Assembly (NCBI GenBank): GCA_951406725.2
Contig: OX597823.1
Coordinates: forward strand, 84,630,001 to 84,694,000
DNA length: 64,000 nucleotides
Reading direction: 5' to 3'
DNA from: Octopus vulgaris
Taxonomy: Eukaryota
Shown here: positions 1 to 17,435 of the stretch, piece after piece
Layout: each line of letters opens with the position of its first letter
Position numbering within the stretch: position 1 is the first letter of the stretch
The notes under the pieces: generated by a model
The model's database searches: none
What the model saw: only the letters and a program-made list of their open reading frames with translations
What the model was told of the DNA's origin: nothing
Made by a program: the position numbers and the translations under genes

Positions 1-231
1 AATCAATATGTAAGTAACTGTTGTCAGGAATATGCTTATTATGTAAAATTGGTATTTCGAATTATGTTAATTTAGTGGCTGTTTAAGCAATGAGTTCGTG
101 GATGGTTAATGATGCTGAACAAGTAACGATACCTCTCGAAAAATTTTTATATATCCATCACCTGTTTTCCTATCTTCGACCGTATTGTTCACATAGCCGT
201 ATATGTACACGACGGATCTTTACCTTTCGAC

Positions 232-526
232 CGACAGATTTAAAACAGAATATTTTGTAACTGAACACTTTCAAACTTCGGACACTGGTAGAATGTGTCA
301 TATAAAACATCCTTTACTCTTAGCGTTTTTGAGAAAAGCTTATATTTAGGAAGTTATTTCTCGTTAAAATTGTAGTATTTCGGTAATTTCAACCAATCAA
401 TAACGTGTATTTAGCCGATTAAAATTATTGCTGTTGTTTGTCAACAAGAACATCCGGCTGTGTATATTCTACCAGTGTCCGAAGTTTGAAATTGTTTAGT
501 TATAAATTTTTTTTAAAAATCTGTCG
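232..526. mobile_element. MITE / foldback element with ~65-bp terminal inverted repeats
   Basis: cgacagattttaaaa...aacactttcaaacttcggacactggtagaat (232-295) is the reverse complement of attctaccagtgtccgaagtttgaaattgtt...ttttaaaaatctgtcg (466-526). No coding capacity. Confidence 0.7.
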
Positions 527-916
527 TAACAAATTAGTGCTGGCTCTAAGTTCTATAGGCAATCTGTAGAGACAGCTTTAAAAGGTGTTTAAAATAGTGT
601 CTTGCATTAGGTATCGCATACATATTAACTTATCATCATAAATAATATAAAACTATGAAAGCTGGCCAAAATACTAGCCACGATGAGAGAGAATAAAGGT
701 TTCTTATTCCGTCATTTTATTTCATTTAACGTATGATACTAATGATTTCGAATTGAATAAAGGTATGAATGTCTTCGAATCCCATTTCATTCATTACGTA
801 TGTCCTTATTTATGAAATAGTAAAAGCACCTATATTCTAATTTACTGATTTGAAAAACTCAAGTATTACACAAATATAAAGGTGCGCAGCCGTCTATCAA
901 AATATGCATGCATGCA

Positions 917-1706
917 TGTATGTATGTATGTATGTATGTATGTATGTATGTATGTATGTATGTATGTATGTATGTATGTATGTATGTATGTATGTATGTA
1001 TGTATGTATGTATGTATGTATGTATGTATGTATGTATGTATGTTATGTAAGTATGTATGTATGATATGTATGTATGTATGTATGTATGTACGTATGTATG
1101 TATGTATATATGTACGTATGTATGTATTTAGGTATGCATGTATTATCTATATATCTATCTCTCTATCTATCTTTCTATGTATCTTTCTATCTATCTATAT
1201 GCTTTGCAACTCTCTCCTTCTCCTTCCATCATATACATGTATATGAGCATGTATACACACTCTTGTCAACATGCGCATACATTCATACATATATACATAA
1301 ATACATATACATGCCCACACACACATACACACACGCATATATGCATGTATACATATATACATATATCCATATATGTATGCATTAAAATAGAATCTATATA
1401 AATATATACATGCACACGTGCAAAAATGCATATAATATATATATATACACATATCTATGTGTAAGTGTATATATACATACCTATATATATGCACTTGCAC
1501 ACACACTTTGATATGAGTATAAAGTATATGTGTGCAACTATGGTTTTTTTGTACTATAACTAATTAAACGATAAAAGCACAGCAGTAGTTAAGTAAAAAG
1601 TTAAAAGTAACAGTGTATAACAAAAGTAAGGTTTGTAAAGCATGTATAAAAATGCTTTGGGACTGTATTCCTTTGTAATTCTTCGAAACACTGCAGTTGA
1701 AAACCC

Positions 1707-1787
<81 letters not shown>

Positions 1788-1960
1788 GTATGTGTGTATG
1801 TATATACAGATAGTTAGATACATAGATAGGTATACATACATGCATATATAAATATATATGCATATATGTACATATATATACATAAATATATATGAATATA
1901 TATATATATATATGTGTATATATATGTGTAAATATATATATGTATATACATGTGTATGTG

Positions 1961-2042
<82 letters not shown>

Positions 2043-2110
2043 ATATATATATATATAAATGCATATATGCGTACATTTATACGTGCATATATACATCTAT
2101 TTATATAAAC
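917..2110. repeat. Compound microsatellite region (TATG)n, (TCTA)n, (TA)n
   Basis: Directly visible simple repeats. They account for the MYVC/YIYI ORFs. Confidence 0.95.
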
Positions 2111-2887
2111 ATGTGTACGCATGTCGAGAGAGAAGAGGAAGAGGCCGAGCGGATAAAGGAATTCTCAGAGATATTTTTCATTTCAAACACACATTTCGTC
2201 GTTGAAATGTTCACTATTATATTCTGGATGCTATTATCTTATGTTATCTCTCATCTTATCTTATTTATTTAATTTTTTTTCTTCTATCTGTATGTGTGTG
2301 TTGGGGTGTTTATTTATTTGTGTGTTTGTGTTTGTGAGTGTGTATTCAGAAACAGATGACCTGCTGTTACATCTGTGACGTGAGATCAAAACAAACACTG
2401 CATTGAACTTACATATAAACGCAAATGAATGTTGAAAAAAAAAAAAAAATACAACCATGAAGGAAATAGACAAACAAATTGATCGTATGTATATGTGTGC
2501 AGCAGATGAGCTGAACACAATAGACTGTATTCTAAAGTCTGTTGTATGTGAAGAGTCTTTTTACCTCCTCTATCTTAACTTGACAAGTCATTTATTTTCC
2601 GTTAATGGTTAATGGATGCCTTTGAAATTCGCCCCATTCTAACTGTCTTTAGTTATTCTGTGATAGAGAAACAGTCGTATTAGATTCGTAGAAGCTCTAT
2701 TAATTTCACTTCCTGCTCGGAAGAAATTACTCAGTTACCTCCCTTGAGTTCTTCTCACTAACCTCTAGCTTCCTCCTTTATCCGTGTAATGCAGTTACCG
2801 GAACATAAAATACCATAGTTTTTCATTTAAAGACTCTGCAAAAATGCATCTTTTTAAAAGTTTTTTTCTCTTTTTTCTTTCACACTC

Positions 2888-2954
<67 letters not shown>

Positions 2955-3073
2955 TTTTATTTTTATCCTTCATTCTTGACAAACTGTTACAGACTTGAAC
3001 AAAAGGAGTAGCATCACAGATTTCTCATAGATACTGACAAATAAAAGAAAGAAAACACACACATACATATATA

Positions 3074-3171
<98 letters not shown>

Positions 3172-3471
3172 CATGTATATGTACAAACACACGCACACAC
3201 TAAGTATATACACTGTACGCGGAAAAAAAAATATATAGAGAGCGAACAGAAAATGTCATGTTTGAATGTCGTTGCCTTGAGCCGTTATACTTCTCATCGT
3301 ATGTCACAATTTTAGAAAAATCCGTCGTGTTAATAAAGGCAGTTAGCTTCTTAAAGCCCAGCATGATCAATGATGGAGTTTTAGAGTGCTATAAGGCTGT
3401 AAAACTAAGTCTTATAACAAATAATCTAACTGTCATCTTTAGAAAGGTGCGAGAGAGAAAGAGGGAATAAC

Positions 3472-4670
<1,199 letters not shown>

Positions 4671-4928
4671 CATAATAACAAGGAAATTAATGAGAGAAGG
4701 AGACTGAACGGAAGAATATATAAAAATGAATAAAAGAGAGAAGAAAAGAGAAAGTTCTATATAGTGCTTCGACCCCCTGCCGTCTGAAACTCTTCCGACG
4801 TTGTAATTCCTCGAGACTGCACGTGCAAGAACAATTATACATACCTATTGCAATGTAGAATTGTATTACGCTGGTGCCCACGTGTGGAAGCTGCCGAACA
4901 GTGGCACATATTAACTATTATAATATTA

Positions 4929-4982
<54 letters not shown>

Positions 4983-5103
4983 TCCTTATTTTTTTTCATT
5001 CTTGACAAACTGTTACAGACTTGAACAAAAGGAGTAGCATCAGCTATTTATTTTAGCTCTTCTAAATATATACACACACACACACATGTCACACACTCAC
5101 ACA

Positions 5104-5148
<45 letters not shown>

Positions 5149-5885
5149 CTGCATATACATACACATATGTGAGTGTATATGTAAAAGGATGTGTGTCTGT
5201 ATATACGTATATGTATGTTTATTTACATGAGCACACACACGTATATATACACACATACATATGCAAGCATACATGTCCATACAAACATACATACATATTC
5301 ACGCGCATATATATTCGCTTGTTTGTCTTTATTCTTGTCACCATTATAATGTCAATGTTTTGCATTTATTCTGTTTAATTTTATCATAAAAATGATTCAT
5401 TTTCATTCCCACTAAGGCCTTTGAGGAATTTCTACGTAAGCTGTTATTGTCCTGCTAGAAATTAACCAAAATCTAGATCTCAGAACTAATTGAATAAGAT
5501 AGTCGAAAGTTCTAAAAACAACCCCAATAAGTGAATAAAGTATACAATATACAAATGAAAAAAAAAATTCTGAAAGAAGCAAAGGTAAATAGCAGAAAAA
5601 AACAACAGAAAGCAGGAAAATAGATCTGTAAACTAATGAAAACAAGACTTCTTTGAAAAAAACCGTCTTTGATATTTCCGCTTTTTTTTTATTTTTGGAT
5701 TTTTTTCCATTTTAAAATTCTTGCTAAAGATTTGCCAGTTGGTTGTTATTTACAATATACTAAACAACTAATTCTAACATTTCTAAAATACAGAAATGCA
5801 TTTACACATTGACGTTTGTCTGTAGAGATTGTTAACCTTTAAACGTAATAGATTAAATCTTGAAAACGCTTTGTCGTACATAATG

Positions 5886-5962
<77 letters not shown>

Positions 5963-6145
5963 TGCCCTGATGCAGTACCAGGCAATGATTCTCGTGGCTT
6001 CTGATCTTAACTGATTGGAAGTCAGTGTGACTATGTGGTTTGTGGGGTCGACCGCGTCCTCCGCTCCAATTTGAGATCAAAATGTAAGAACGGACGAAGA
6101 ACTGCTAAGCATTTTTCCCGGTGTACTAACGATTCTGCCAGCTCG

Positions 6146-7755
6146 CACACACAAATGAAAGAGAACATAAAGAAAGAATACTATAGACGAGCTAGATCAA
6201 TACTGAAAACAGAGCTCAATGCTAAAAACAAGATAATAGGTATTAACCGTTTTGCCGTCCCAGTTATAAGTTACAGCTACAATATCCTTAACTGGACACT
6301 AAATGAACTAACCAAAATAGACAGAAAAACAAGAAAAATAATGACAGGATCTAAGATGCATCACCCAAACTCTGACATAGAAAGGCTATATATACAACGT
6401 ATAGAAGGTGGTAGAGGCCTTATACAGCTGGAAACTATAAAAATAACCACCATAGGACTGCAAAAATACCTACTTCAGATGCGAAGAAAACTAATACAAA
6501 TAGTCACAAAACACGAACAAAACAAGAAACTGTTCTCAGCATTTAAGGAAGCTAACAAATACAAACAAGAAATCATACTACCTAACAAATATGAAGAAAA
6601 AGAAACAACAAAAGCTATAAAATAAATGAAATCCAAACTTAAAGACTCCGCCGGTTACGACGACGAGGGTCCCAGCTGATACGATCAACGGAACAGCTTG
6701 CTCGTGAAATTAACGTGCAAATGGCTGGAGCAACGTGAAATAAAGTGTCTTGCTCAAGGACACAACGCGTCGCCGGGAATCGAACTCACAACCTTACGAT
6801 CATGAGCCGAATGCCGTAACCACTAAGCCACGCGCCCTCACAGAAATCCAAACTAAAACTAGAACAGCAACGGACCATGATAAAACGAGAGCAAGAAAAG
6901 CCCCTTCAAGGCAAATGCTAGGCTAAACTAAATGCAAAAGAATTAGAAAAGGAAAAATTCCAGCAATACTTGAAAAGCTCAGGACTCAAAGCAGAGAATA
7001 AAGGATTTTTAATTGCAGCACAAGACCAAAGCCGCCCCACCAGAAATTTCCAAAAGCATATAATGAAAAGAAACATAACAAGTAACTGCAGAATATGTGG
7101 AGACGGACAAGAAACAATAAATCATATTATCTCTGACTGCCCAGTGCTGGCTAAGAAGGAATATATTCACAGACATGAGAGAGTTGGGACCTACATACAC
7201 TGGAAGCTATGCCAGCACTATAGAATAACAACCGAAAAAAAAGATGGTATAGGCTCACGCCAGAAAAGGTCTCAGAAAACGAGAAGGCAAACATACTCAG
7301 GGATATACCAATGCACACAGATAGAGAAATTAAGGCCAATAGGCCAGATATAGTTGTCAGAGATCATGAAAAAAAGAATTCATTCTAATTGATGTATCAA
7401 TTCCAGCAGATGACACCATTTCTCTAAAAGAAATGGAGAAACTTTCAAAATACGAAGACCTGGAAATAGAAGTAACTCGAATGTGAAATCTAAAAATAGA
7501 AACAATCCCAATCATAGTAGGCGCATTAGGCATGATAAAAAATATTCAGACAAATACATAACAAAAACATTAGGACTTGACTTACAAATATATATAACAT
7601 ACAGAAAATTGCACTACTGGGCACTGCACACATCCTACGCAAAACACTTTCAATACAGTAACCATAAGTGTATCACAGCAAACCACAGCACATATCCAAG
7701 GCACACAGAGCTGCGCTCGGTAGTGAAGTGAAAGCACGCTATAAAATTCAAACTA

Positions 7756-7758
<3 letters not shown>
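6146..7758 (+). mobile_element. 5'-truncated R4/Dong-clade non-LTR retrotransposon (RT thumb, CCHC knuckle, restriction-like endonuclease), degenerate
   Basis: Peptides KNKIIGINRFAVPVISYS, ERLYIQRIEGGRGLIQLE, LIAAQDQ, CRICGDGQETINHIISDCPVLAKKEYIHRH, plus RPDIV/IDVSIP/IPIIVGALG across frameshifts. The 3' end ...aactactg runs into (AAT)n. Confidence 0.9.
6640..6842 (-). mobile_element. tRNA-derived SINE (family D) inserted in the LINE
   Basis: Minus strand shows A-box tggcttagtgg and B-box gagttcgattcc. TSD gaaatccaaact at 6628-6639 and 6843-6854; the LINE copy at ~41415 has only one copy of this sequence. Confidence 0.9.
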
Positions 7759-7799
<41 letters not shown>

Positions 7800-7846
7800 C
7801 AACAACGACGACGACAACAACAACGATGATGATGATGATGATGATT

Positions 7847-7927
<81 letters not shown>

Positions 7928-7964
7928 GTGATGATGGTGGTGGTGGTTGTGGTGGTGGTGGTGG

Positions 7965-8069
<105 letters not shown>

Positions 8070-8101
8070 TGATAATAATAACAATAATAATAATAATAAT
8101 T

Positions 8102-9085
<984 letters not shown>

Positions 9086-9334
9086 TAATAATAATAATAA
9101 TACCGAGCTGGCTCTCGAGGCTTCTGATCTTAACTGATTAGAAGTGTTACCATGTATATTGTTTTGTGTTGGTATAAAAGATGGGCTACGGCAAATATTC
9201 TGCTCAACATCACAGATTTGCTTGTCAGTTGCCTAACCTTTCTACATACATATATATATATATGTGTGTGTGTATGTGTGTGTGTGCGTGCGTGTGTGTG
9301 CATATATATATATATATATGTATATATATATTCT

Positions 9335-9729
9335 TTTATTCTTTTATTTGTTCCAGTCACTTGACTGCGGCTATGCTGGAGCACCGCATTTAGTCGAACG
9401 AATCGACCCCAGGACTTATTCTTTGTAAGCCTAGTACTTACTCTATCGGTGTCTGTTGCAGAACCGCTAAGTCACGGGTACGTAAACACACCAACATCGG
9501 TTGTCAAGCGATAGTAGGGGGTACAAACACAAACGCACAAACATATGTACACCCATATACATATATACGAAGGGCTTCTTTACAGTTTCCATCTACCAAA
9601 TCCACTCACAAGGCCTTGGTCGGCTCGAGGGTATAGTAGAAGGCACTTGCCCAAGTTGCAACGCAGTGGGACTGAACCCGAAACCATGTGATTCTAAGCA
9701 CGCTATTTATCACCCAGCCGCTCCTGCGC
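9335..9729 (-). mobile_element. tRNA-derived SINE family B
   Basis: Matches the reverse complement of the full copy at 57321-57735 (ggttcagtcccactgcg head, gctccagcat.gccgcagtca tail). Confidence 0.85.
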
Positions 9730-9899
9730 CCACTATATGGGCACCTGCATCGCTAAAGCTAGTAGTTAAAATAAATATATAGTACAGTAGCTCACTGTGT
9801 AACACATTAAGATATATTAAAAGAAAACACGTAGTGAACCATAGATGAGTGATCAAAGAATTGCATATATTGTATGGAAAACGAAACGCAGGAGACGAG

Positions 9900-10054
9900 T
9901 GTGTAGTGTTGTTTTGCATTTATAATAAAATAAATATATGCAAATTATAATAATAATAAAAAATATAATGTACAGTACTCTTCCTACTTCGGGGATTTCC
10001 ACCTATCGCGGGGGTCTTTGGAGCGTAACAACCGCGATAATCGAGAGATTACTG
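9900..10054 (+). mobile_element. Partial pogo/Tigger-like MITE
   Basis: Homologous to the right half of 48971-49194, ending in cgcgata.tcga..gattactg. Confidence 0.65.
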
Positions 10055-10061
10055 TCTACAT

Positions 10062-10099
<38 letters not shown>

Positions 10100-10162
10100 A
10101 TAATAAATATTAGGGAATAAATTCAAACTGTTATATTGATTATATCCAATTTTATAGTAACA

Positions 10163-10329
10163 TATTATATTATATTAAATTAGAGACAAAACCACTTATT
10201 AGGCAAATCAAACAATGAAAAACTTAAGCCAATACATATGATTAATTTATATTATTATAAATTAATCATATGTATTGGCTAAGTGTTTCATTGTTTGATT
10301 TGCCTAATAGTGGTTTTGTCTCTAATTTG

Positions 10330-10340
<11 letters not shown>
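10163..10340. repeat. Palindrome (~85-bp arms) of a putative Penelope-like terminus
   Basis: aattagagacaaaacca...gccaatacatatgattaatttata is followed by its reverse complement. The same sequence follows the hammerhead at 24293-24357. Confidence 0.8.
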
Positions 10341-10382
<42 letters not shown>

Positions 10383-10460
10383 TTTTTGGATTTGGTTTCT
10401 AAGATTCTTTATGTGAGTTCGTGTGTTGAAGCATATTCTGTTGTGTCTGGAGAGAGTCAT

Positions 10461-10643
10461 TTTCTTTCTGTCCCTTATAATTTAAAACACTCACCGGTAA
10501 AATTTCCACTTATTTCTTATTTTTATTTTCCTAAATTTTCGTTGCGTCTTGCAACCTTTTCAATAATCTTGAAAAGGAAAATAACAAGAAATAAGTGGAA
10601 ATTTTACCGGCGAGCGTGTTAAATTATAAGGCACCAAAAGAAA
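10461..10643. repeat. Inverted repeat enclosing a hammerhead-like motif (minus strand, ~10533-10563)
   Basis: cttataatttaaaacactcaccggtaaaatttccacttatttctt pairs with aagaaataagtggaaattttaccggcgagcgtgttaaattataag. Minus strand reads ttgaaaa-g-gttgc-aagac-gcaac-gaaaa. Confidence 0.7.
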
Positions 10644-10675
10644 GTGCATATATATATATATATATATATACATAC

Positions 10676-10755
<80 letters not shown>

Positions 10756-11186
10756 CGTGAGTGTGTGTGTGTGTGTGTGTGCATTTTTCTCTAGTTTCAG
10801 CTCAGAGCTGTGGCCATGCTGATGCACCGCCGTTTGTATATATGTATAGGTACATATATGCATTCATACGTACATTCAAATATGGATATTCCACGTGTTA
10901 CATTGATTAAACAACACTCTTCTGTAGATTCCCCAAGCATTTACAACAAGGTGCATCTGCTCTATATTACACCACACACGAAATGAAAACAGAAATAAAA
11001 TATTAGCAGAAAATATTTCCATACTTTATAGAATTCCTCACAGGAACACACAATGGTTTATGATCGTAATATCAATATCGCAACACAAAGCGACTTCTAA
11101 CATACAGCATACGGATGTCACGAGCACAAATTCGATGACGCAGATCTCTAAAGCTCTGTCAGTTAAATTCTGACGGTATAAATCTA

Positions 11187-11421
11187 ATGAGGCGGCGAGC
11201 TGGCAGAAACGTTAGCGCGCCGGACGAAATGCTTAGCGATATTTCGTCTGTCGTTACATTCTGAGTTCAAATTCCGCCGGGGCCGACTTTGCCTTTCATC
11301 CTCTTGGGGTCGATAAATAAAGTACCAGTTACGCACTGGGGTCGATGTAATCGACTTAATACCTATGTCTGTCCTTGTTTGTCCCCTCTATGTTTAGCCC
11401 CTTGTGGGTAATAAAGAAATA
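11187..11421 (+). mobile_element. tRNA-derived SINE family A (Nin/Deu-like central domain)
   Basis: ggcggcgagctggcagaaacgttag...gagttcaaattcc...gactttgcctttcatcc...gggtcgataaataaagtaccag. TSD ggtataaatcta at 11175-11186 and 11422-11433. Confidence 0.9.
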
Positions 11422-11711
11422 GGTATAAATCTACGTCCACTTAGAACTTCTAATATAGAAATGGATAGTACAGAAGTTAAAACTTGTCCGCTGCATGAAG
11501 ATGTGGTTGGGATAGTACTGAATATTTGATATCCATGAATTAGCGAAATTTATTTTTCCCGAACAAATCCTGTAAACGCAAATATGAGAAATCATTTAGA
11601 TCAGAAAATAGCCATGCGTTCAATACGTCCTTAAATGAGATATTCTCTATAGATTAATAGACACAAACACCTATACATATACACACACTCATACATACAT
11701 ACATACACATA

Positions 11712-11762
<51 letters not shown>

Positions 11763-11827
11763 TCACATTTTCACATATATGGTTTTGAGCAGTCATCTTT
11801 ATATATTGTGATGTACATGTATTGATT

Positions 11828-12240
11828 TCTTCTTCTTCTTCTTCTTCTTCTTCTTCTTCTTCTTCTCCTCCTCCTCCTCCTCCTCCTTCTTCTTCTTCTT
11901 CTCCTCCTCCTTCTTCTTCTTCTTCTTCTTCTCCTCCTTCTTCTTCTTATTCTTCTTCTTCGTCTTCTTCTTCTTCTTCTTCTTCTTCTTCTTCTCCTCC
12001 TTCTTCTTCTTCGACGTCTTCTTCTTCTTCTTCTTCTTCTTCTCCTCCTCCTTCTTCTCCTTCTTCTTCTTCTTCTTCTTCTTCTTCTTCTTCTTCTCCT
12101 TCTCCTTCTTCTTCTTCTTCTTCTTCTTCTTCTTCTTCTTCTCCTCCTCCACCCCCCTTCTTCTTCTTCTTCTTTTTCTTCTTCTTCTTCTTCCTCTCCT
12201 CCTCGTCGTTGTCGTCCTCCTCCTTCTTCCTCACCTCCTC
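11828..12240. repeat. (CTT)n/(CCT)n polypyrimidine microsatellite
   Basis: Directly visible. Confidence 0.95.
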
Positions 12241-12548
12241 ATCCTATCTATCTTTCTGCCTGTTTTTCTGTCTGTCTGTCTGTCTGTCTGCCTGTCTGTC
12301 TGTCTGTCTGTCTATGTAAATGTATGTGTGTGTATATCTATGTATTATGTGTGTGTATGTGTCTCTGTTGAGACATCAGCATGTTAATTATTTGTCGTAG
12401 AATGTCTTCAAATCTATATGCATCAATAACAACTGTAATATTAATAATAATAACAACAACCACAAAAATGATAATACTCATAATGATAATAATAATAATA
12501 ATAACAATAATAATAATAATAATAACAATAATAATAATAATAATAATG

Positions 12549-12587
<39 letters not shown>

Positions 12588-12711
12588 TTAATAATAATAA
12601 TGTGTTGTTTGTGCACAGTTTTAACCAGAACTTCTTTACGATGACAACCACAAGTTTTAATATTAAATTGCCACTTTGACAGGACCAGCTTCAAAATAGT
12701 AAATAAATAAG

Positions 12712-12742
<31 letters not shown>

Positions 12743-14965
12743 AACAACAACTGCAGCAGCCGCCGCAACCGCAGTAACAACAACATTATAAACAAATGAA
12801 CGAGTCAAAAAGAATTACAACAAAATAATAAAATAAAAACAAAATTTGTTATTCGTGATGATAGCAGTAAATGTTATTTAAGAAAAATTACAGAAGATGC
12901 AGCTTTTAAACACAAATTCTTTTTTTTTTCACCGTATCCATACCGCCATTTTGGTTTCTTTCGAAATATACTGTACGCCCCCACCTCCTACCATAAATAC
13001 ACATAACCTGTATGTCTGTACGTATTTTAACGCATACGTATTCTTCTCAGAAATACAAATTTGTGTGTATATATATATGTGTATATATATACATGCGTGG
13101 AAATATACATATAGATATGTATATGTTAGTGTGTGCATACATGTACGAATGTATGTACTTATATATATATATATGATACACATACATAGAGCCACATACA
13201 CACACACACATATAAATATATATATATACATATACATACACATACACACATATATATATATGTATATCTATCTATATATACATATACATATACAAACATA
13301 AATGTATATAAATATATGCATGCATACATGTTATATGGATATGTACATATATGTGTATGTATGCGTGTATTTATATATATATATATATCACAAATACTCG
13401 CACACATGTAGACAAACTATTTAGAGTGCATGGCCAAAGCACGCAAATATGCGTGTGTATATTTAATCAACTTTCTACACACATTCACGTACACACAAAC
13501 ACGTACACACGCATATAATCACACAGAAACACACACACACATGCATACAGAAACACACACATACACATACAGATACTCACCAAATCCTCATTCACACCCA
13601 CTCCGCCACTCATATTTCTTGTGTGTATGAGCAGTTGATCATGGTGATAATGACGACGAAGCCGACAATGATGAGGATTGCGATGATGATGACGATGAGG
13701 AGGAAGACGACAACGATGACGACGATGACGATGATGATGATGATGATTGCGAACACGTATCAACTCATCTATTGTATATTGGAGACACATTAGCATATTT
13801 TTATAAGTTAATACAGAAATTAGGTTTTTAAAACTCTATGTATTTTCTTTCGGGGAAACAAGAAGCTAAAAAAAAAGAGAATGCCGCCATTTTTTCCTTT
13901 CTTTCAATACGTTTCTATCTCTCACGCTCTCTCTCTCTATATCTTACACAAATACTCATTCTATATCTCTCTCTCTCTGTTCTCTCTCTCTCTCTCTCTC
14001 TTTCTCTCTTTCTCTTCATAATAATCTTTAATTAACGTAAACATAAAACACTAAATCACCCGCAGATTTTTGCATGATGTTATAACAAGAATTTCTTCAG
14101 CATTTCTTCAGCATTTGTTATATTCCCTGGCCAAAAGCCACTTCTTGTCAAAGAGTTACATGGAATATTTTCGTGTTTATGTGTTTGTATTACTTTTGTT
14201 TAATAATGTTTGTTTATTTGTTTGTCGTGTGTGTTTTTATGGTTTGCGTATGATTGTGTCATTGCATTCTGCTAGGTCCTTCTTGTTTTTAATATGTGTA
14301 CGTGTGTATGCATGTGCATACGTGTGTGTGTGTGTGTATGAATGCATATATTTATATGTACATATACATAAAGACACACGCATGCACATGTGTGTGAGTA
14401 TATATATGTATTGATATATATATATATATACACACATATATATATATGCATATATATATATATATTCATATGCATATATACATATATTTATATATGAGTA
14501 TAAACATACGTACACACACAAACACACACACACACATATATATGTGAATAAATACATATACACACATGTAAGTTCATATATGTATGTAAGCATATATGTA
14601 TGCATGTATATGTGTGTGTGTGTGTGTGTGTGCATGCGTGTGTATATGTGTGTGTGCGAGTGTGTGCTTTTGTGTGTTCGTGTACAATGCGTCTTCGTTG
14701 GGGAAATAGTGCAATTTGCAATTAGTAGATCTACAGTAAATAGTGGTGTTTAAGTACCTCGTTCCTACAACTCCTTCTACACCACCATCCACCACCACCG
14801 CCACCACAACCACCACACCACCGCCACCACAACCACCACACCACCGCCACCTACTACTACTACTACTACTACTACTATTCGTACCACTACTATTACTACC
14901 ATCACCACCAGCACCAGCACCACCAGCACCAGCACCACCACCTACTACTACTGCTACTACTACTG

Positions 14966-15033
<68 letters not shown>

Positions 15034-15145
15034 GCAACTGCTACTTTTGTACTATATTTTCATTATCGCATTGTTGTTTTTGTAGTTGTTGTTACTATCA
15101 TCATCATCATCCTCATCATCATCATCAACATTATTATTATTATTA

Positions 15146-15207
<62 letters not shown>

Positions 15208-16275
15208 ATCATTACTATCATAATTTCTATTTTTGCTAACTATTTTCTTTCTTGTTTCTGAAATCACAAAACACCCCCACCACCACGACCACCAAAACCA
15301 CCACTACCAGTACCACCGCCGCCACCCTACGTATAGCATCAGAGAATGTATTCTTTCTTTTCTTTTCATTTTTTTTTTTGCATTTGTTTATTCGTTTGTT
15401 TTGTATATTATAACAGGTCTTCGCCAAAACATGCTTTCTTGTTTTCTTTTTAAAATCTCTTTTCGGCGTGCTTACGAGATTAGAGTTGGAGAGTAAACGA
15501 TAGAAAAGAGAGAAAAATTAACAAGAGCCAAAGAGCGCATGTAGTGCGTGTGATAAAGTTGGAAATAAAAGGCAAATACAGAATTTTGGTAACAATAGCG
15601 ATAGAGAAATAAAAGCAGCGATCGCAGGAGCAGGCATAACAGTGAAAATTATTAAGAGTAATGGAGAGACTTAAGAGCGTGGTAAAATTTCAAGGAGAAG
15701 TAAGACGAAACAAAGCTACGATTTGATAAAAAGAAAAATATATGCGATGAAACGTTGTGTTTCATTGGTAAATAATGGCGGAAAGTTATTGGGTTGGTAT
15801 TGGGAGAAAAAGAGCGTAAAAACGAAAACGAGGTGGCTATATGACGAGTGGTTGAAATGGTTAGAAGAGGAAGGGAAGGAAAGGTTAGAAGAGAAAGGAT
15901 GAGAAAAATAAGGCTGAAGAGGAAAGGGGTTAATGAGGATGCTTAAAGTAATAATATTAAGGGTTAGAGAGCGATATTATAAAGAGAAAGAGAGAGAGAG
16001 AAAGACAGTAAGAAGCATGTTCCCATACGTAGTAAAAACACTGATTCTCTCTCTGTCTTAAATATATGCATATATCCTTTATATATATGTGTATATATGT
16101 ATGTGTACAAATGTATATATTACATGATCGTATGTATATATTTATTTATATATAAGTAGATGTGTACATATATATGCATTGTGTATGCACATGTATGTAT
16201 GCATGCATGTGTATGTCTATATATACATACACTCACACACACACACATATATATATATGCATGTATGATTGTATG

Positions 16276-16329
<54 letters not shown>

Positions 16330-16861
16330 CTCACACACATAATCATATGCAAATTTATATATATATGCATATATATACAGTGTCAGATCGAGAGGTAGAG
16401 AGAGAGAGAGAGAAGAAAGAAATGCGGTGTGGCGAGACGAAGAAGGGGACAAAGAGAGAGAGAGAGCGAGAGAGAGGGAAAGAGAAGGACGGAGAGGAAA
16501 AGAAGATGTACTAACGAAGATTGTTAAGGAACGAGGAGAGATTCAGTTGATGGGTACAGATTGAAAATAGGAATTTAGAGTGGAAATAGAAGGTAGAAAG
16601 GGTACAAGAGAACGAAGAACAGATGAAGAGAGAGGGAGTGAAAGAAAGAGAGAGAGAGAAGGTCAGACTGAGGGAGGAAAGTGAGAGAAAAGGGAAGAGT
16701 GAGAGAGAATTAGAACGTGATAAAATGAAAGTTTGGAAAGTAAAAAAAAACATGATACCAAAGAAAAGGGTAGAAAATTTAGTGAAATAGTAATGGCGGA
16801 AATGCATGAAGGACAAAATCAAAGGTGTGAATATATGTATGTAGATCTATATACGTGCGAG

Positions 16862-16925
<64 letters not shown>

Positions 16926-16979
16926 ATATATTTTCCGGTTTTAATATAAAGATGACAAAAAACGGAAAATATGACATAC

Positions 16980-17017
<38 letters not shown>

Positions 17018-17204
17018 ACTGTAGTAAATATGTATATATATAAATGTGTGTGAGTGTATTATCATACACGGGGTATTTCTCTGCCCCAAAATACTGTAAA
17101 GTATTTATAAAGCAATGGACTTGCACTGGATGCTCTTTTCTTGCACGTATACAGTTGAAAGTGTGAGCATGGATGCGTGCGCGATGGGCTTCTGTAGATG
17201 CATA

Positions 17205-17251
<47 letters not shown>

Positions 17252-17270
17252 GTGTATGCCTGTGTGGTAA

Positions 17271-17339
<69 letters not shown>

Positions 17340-17385
17340 CTCTCTCTCTCTCTCTCCCTATATATATATATGTATATATATATAT

Positions 17386-17435
<50 letters not shown>

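Noticed and set aside
882-2272. Long ORFs of MYVC/YIYI/THTH type, here and throughout the window
   Set aside because: They are translations of (TATG)n, (TA)n and (CA)n microsatellites that lack stops in some frames.
11799-12319. Poly-Ser/Lys/Glu ORFs
   Set aside because: (CTT)n microsatellite with no domain or splice evidence.
14743-15261. Mucin-like Pro/Thr-rich ORF
   Set aside because: Concatenated (CCA)n, (CTA)n and (ATT)n microsatellites.
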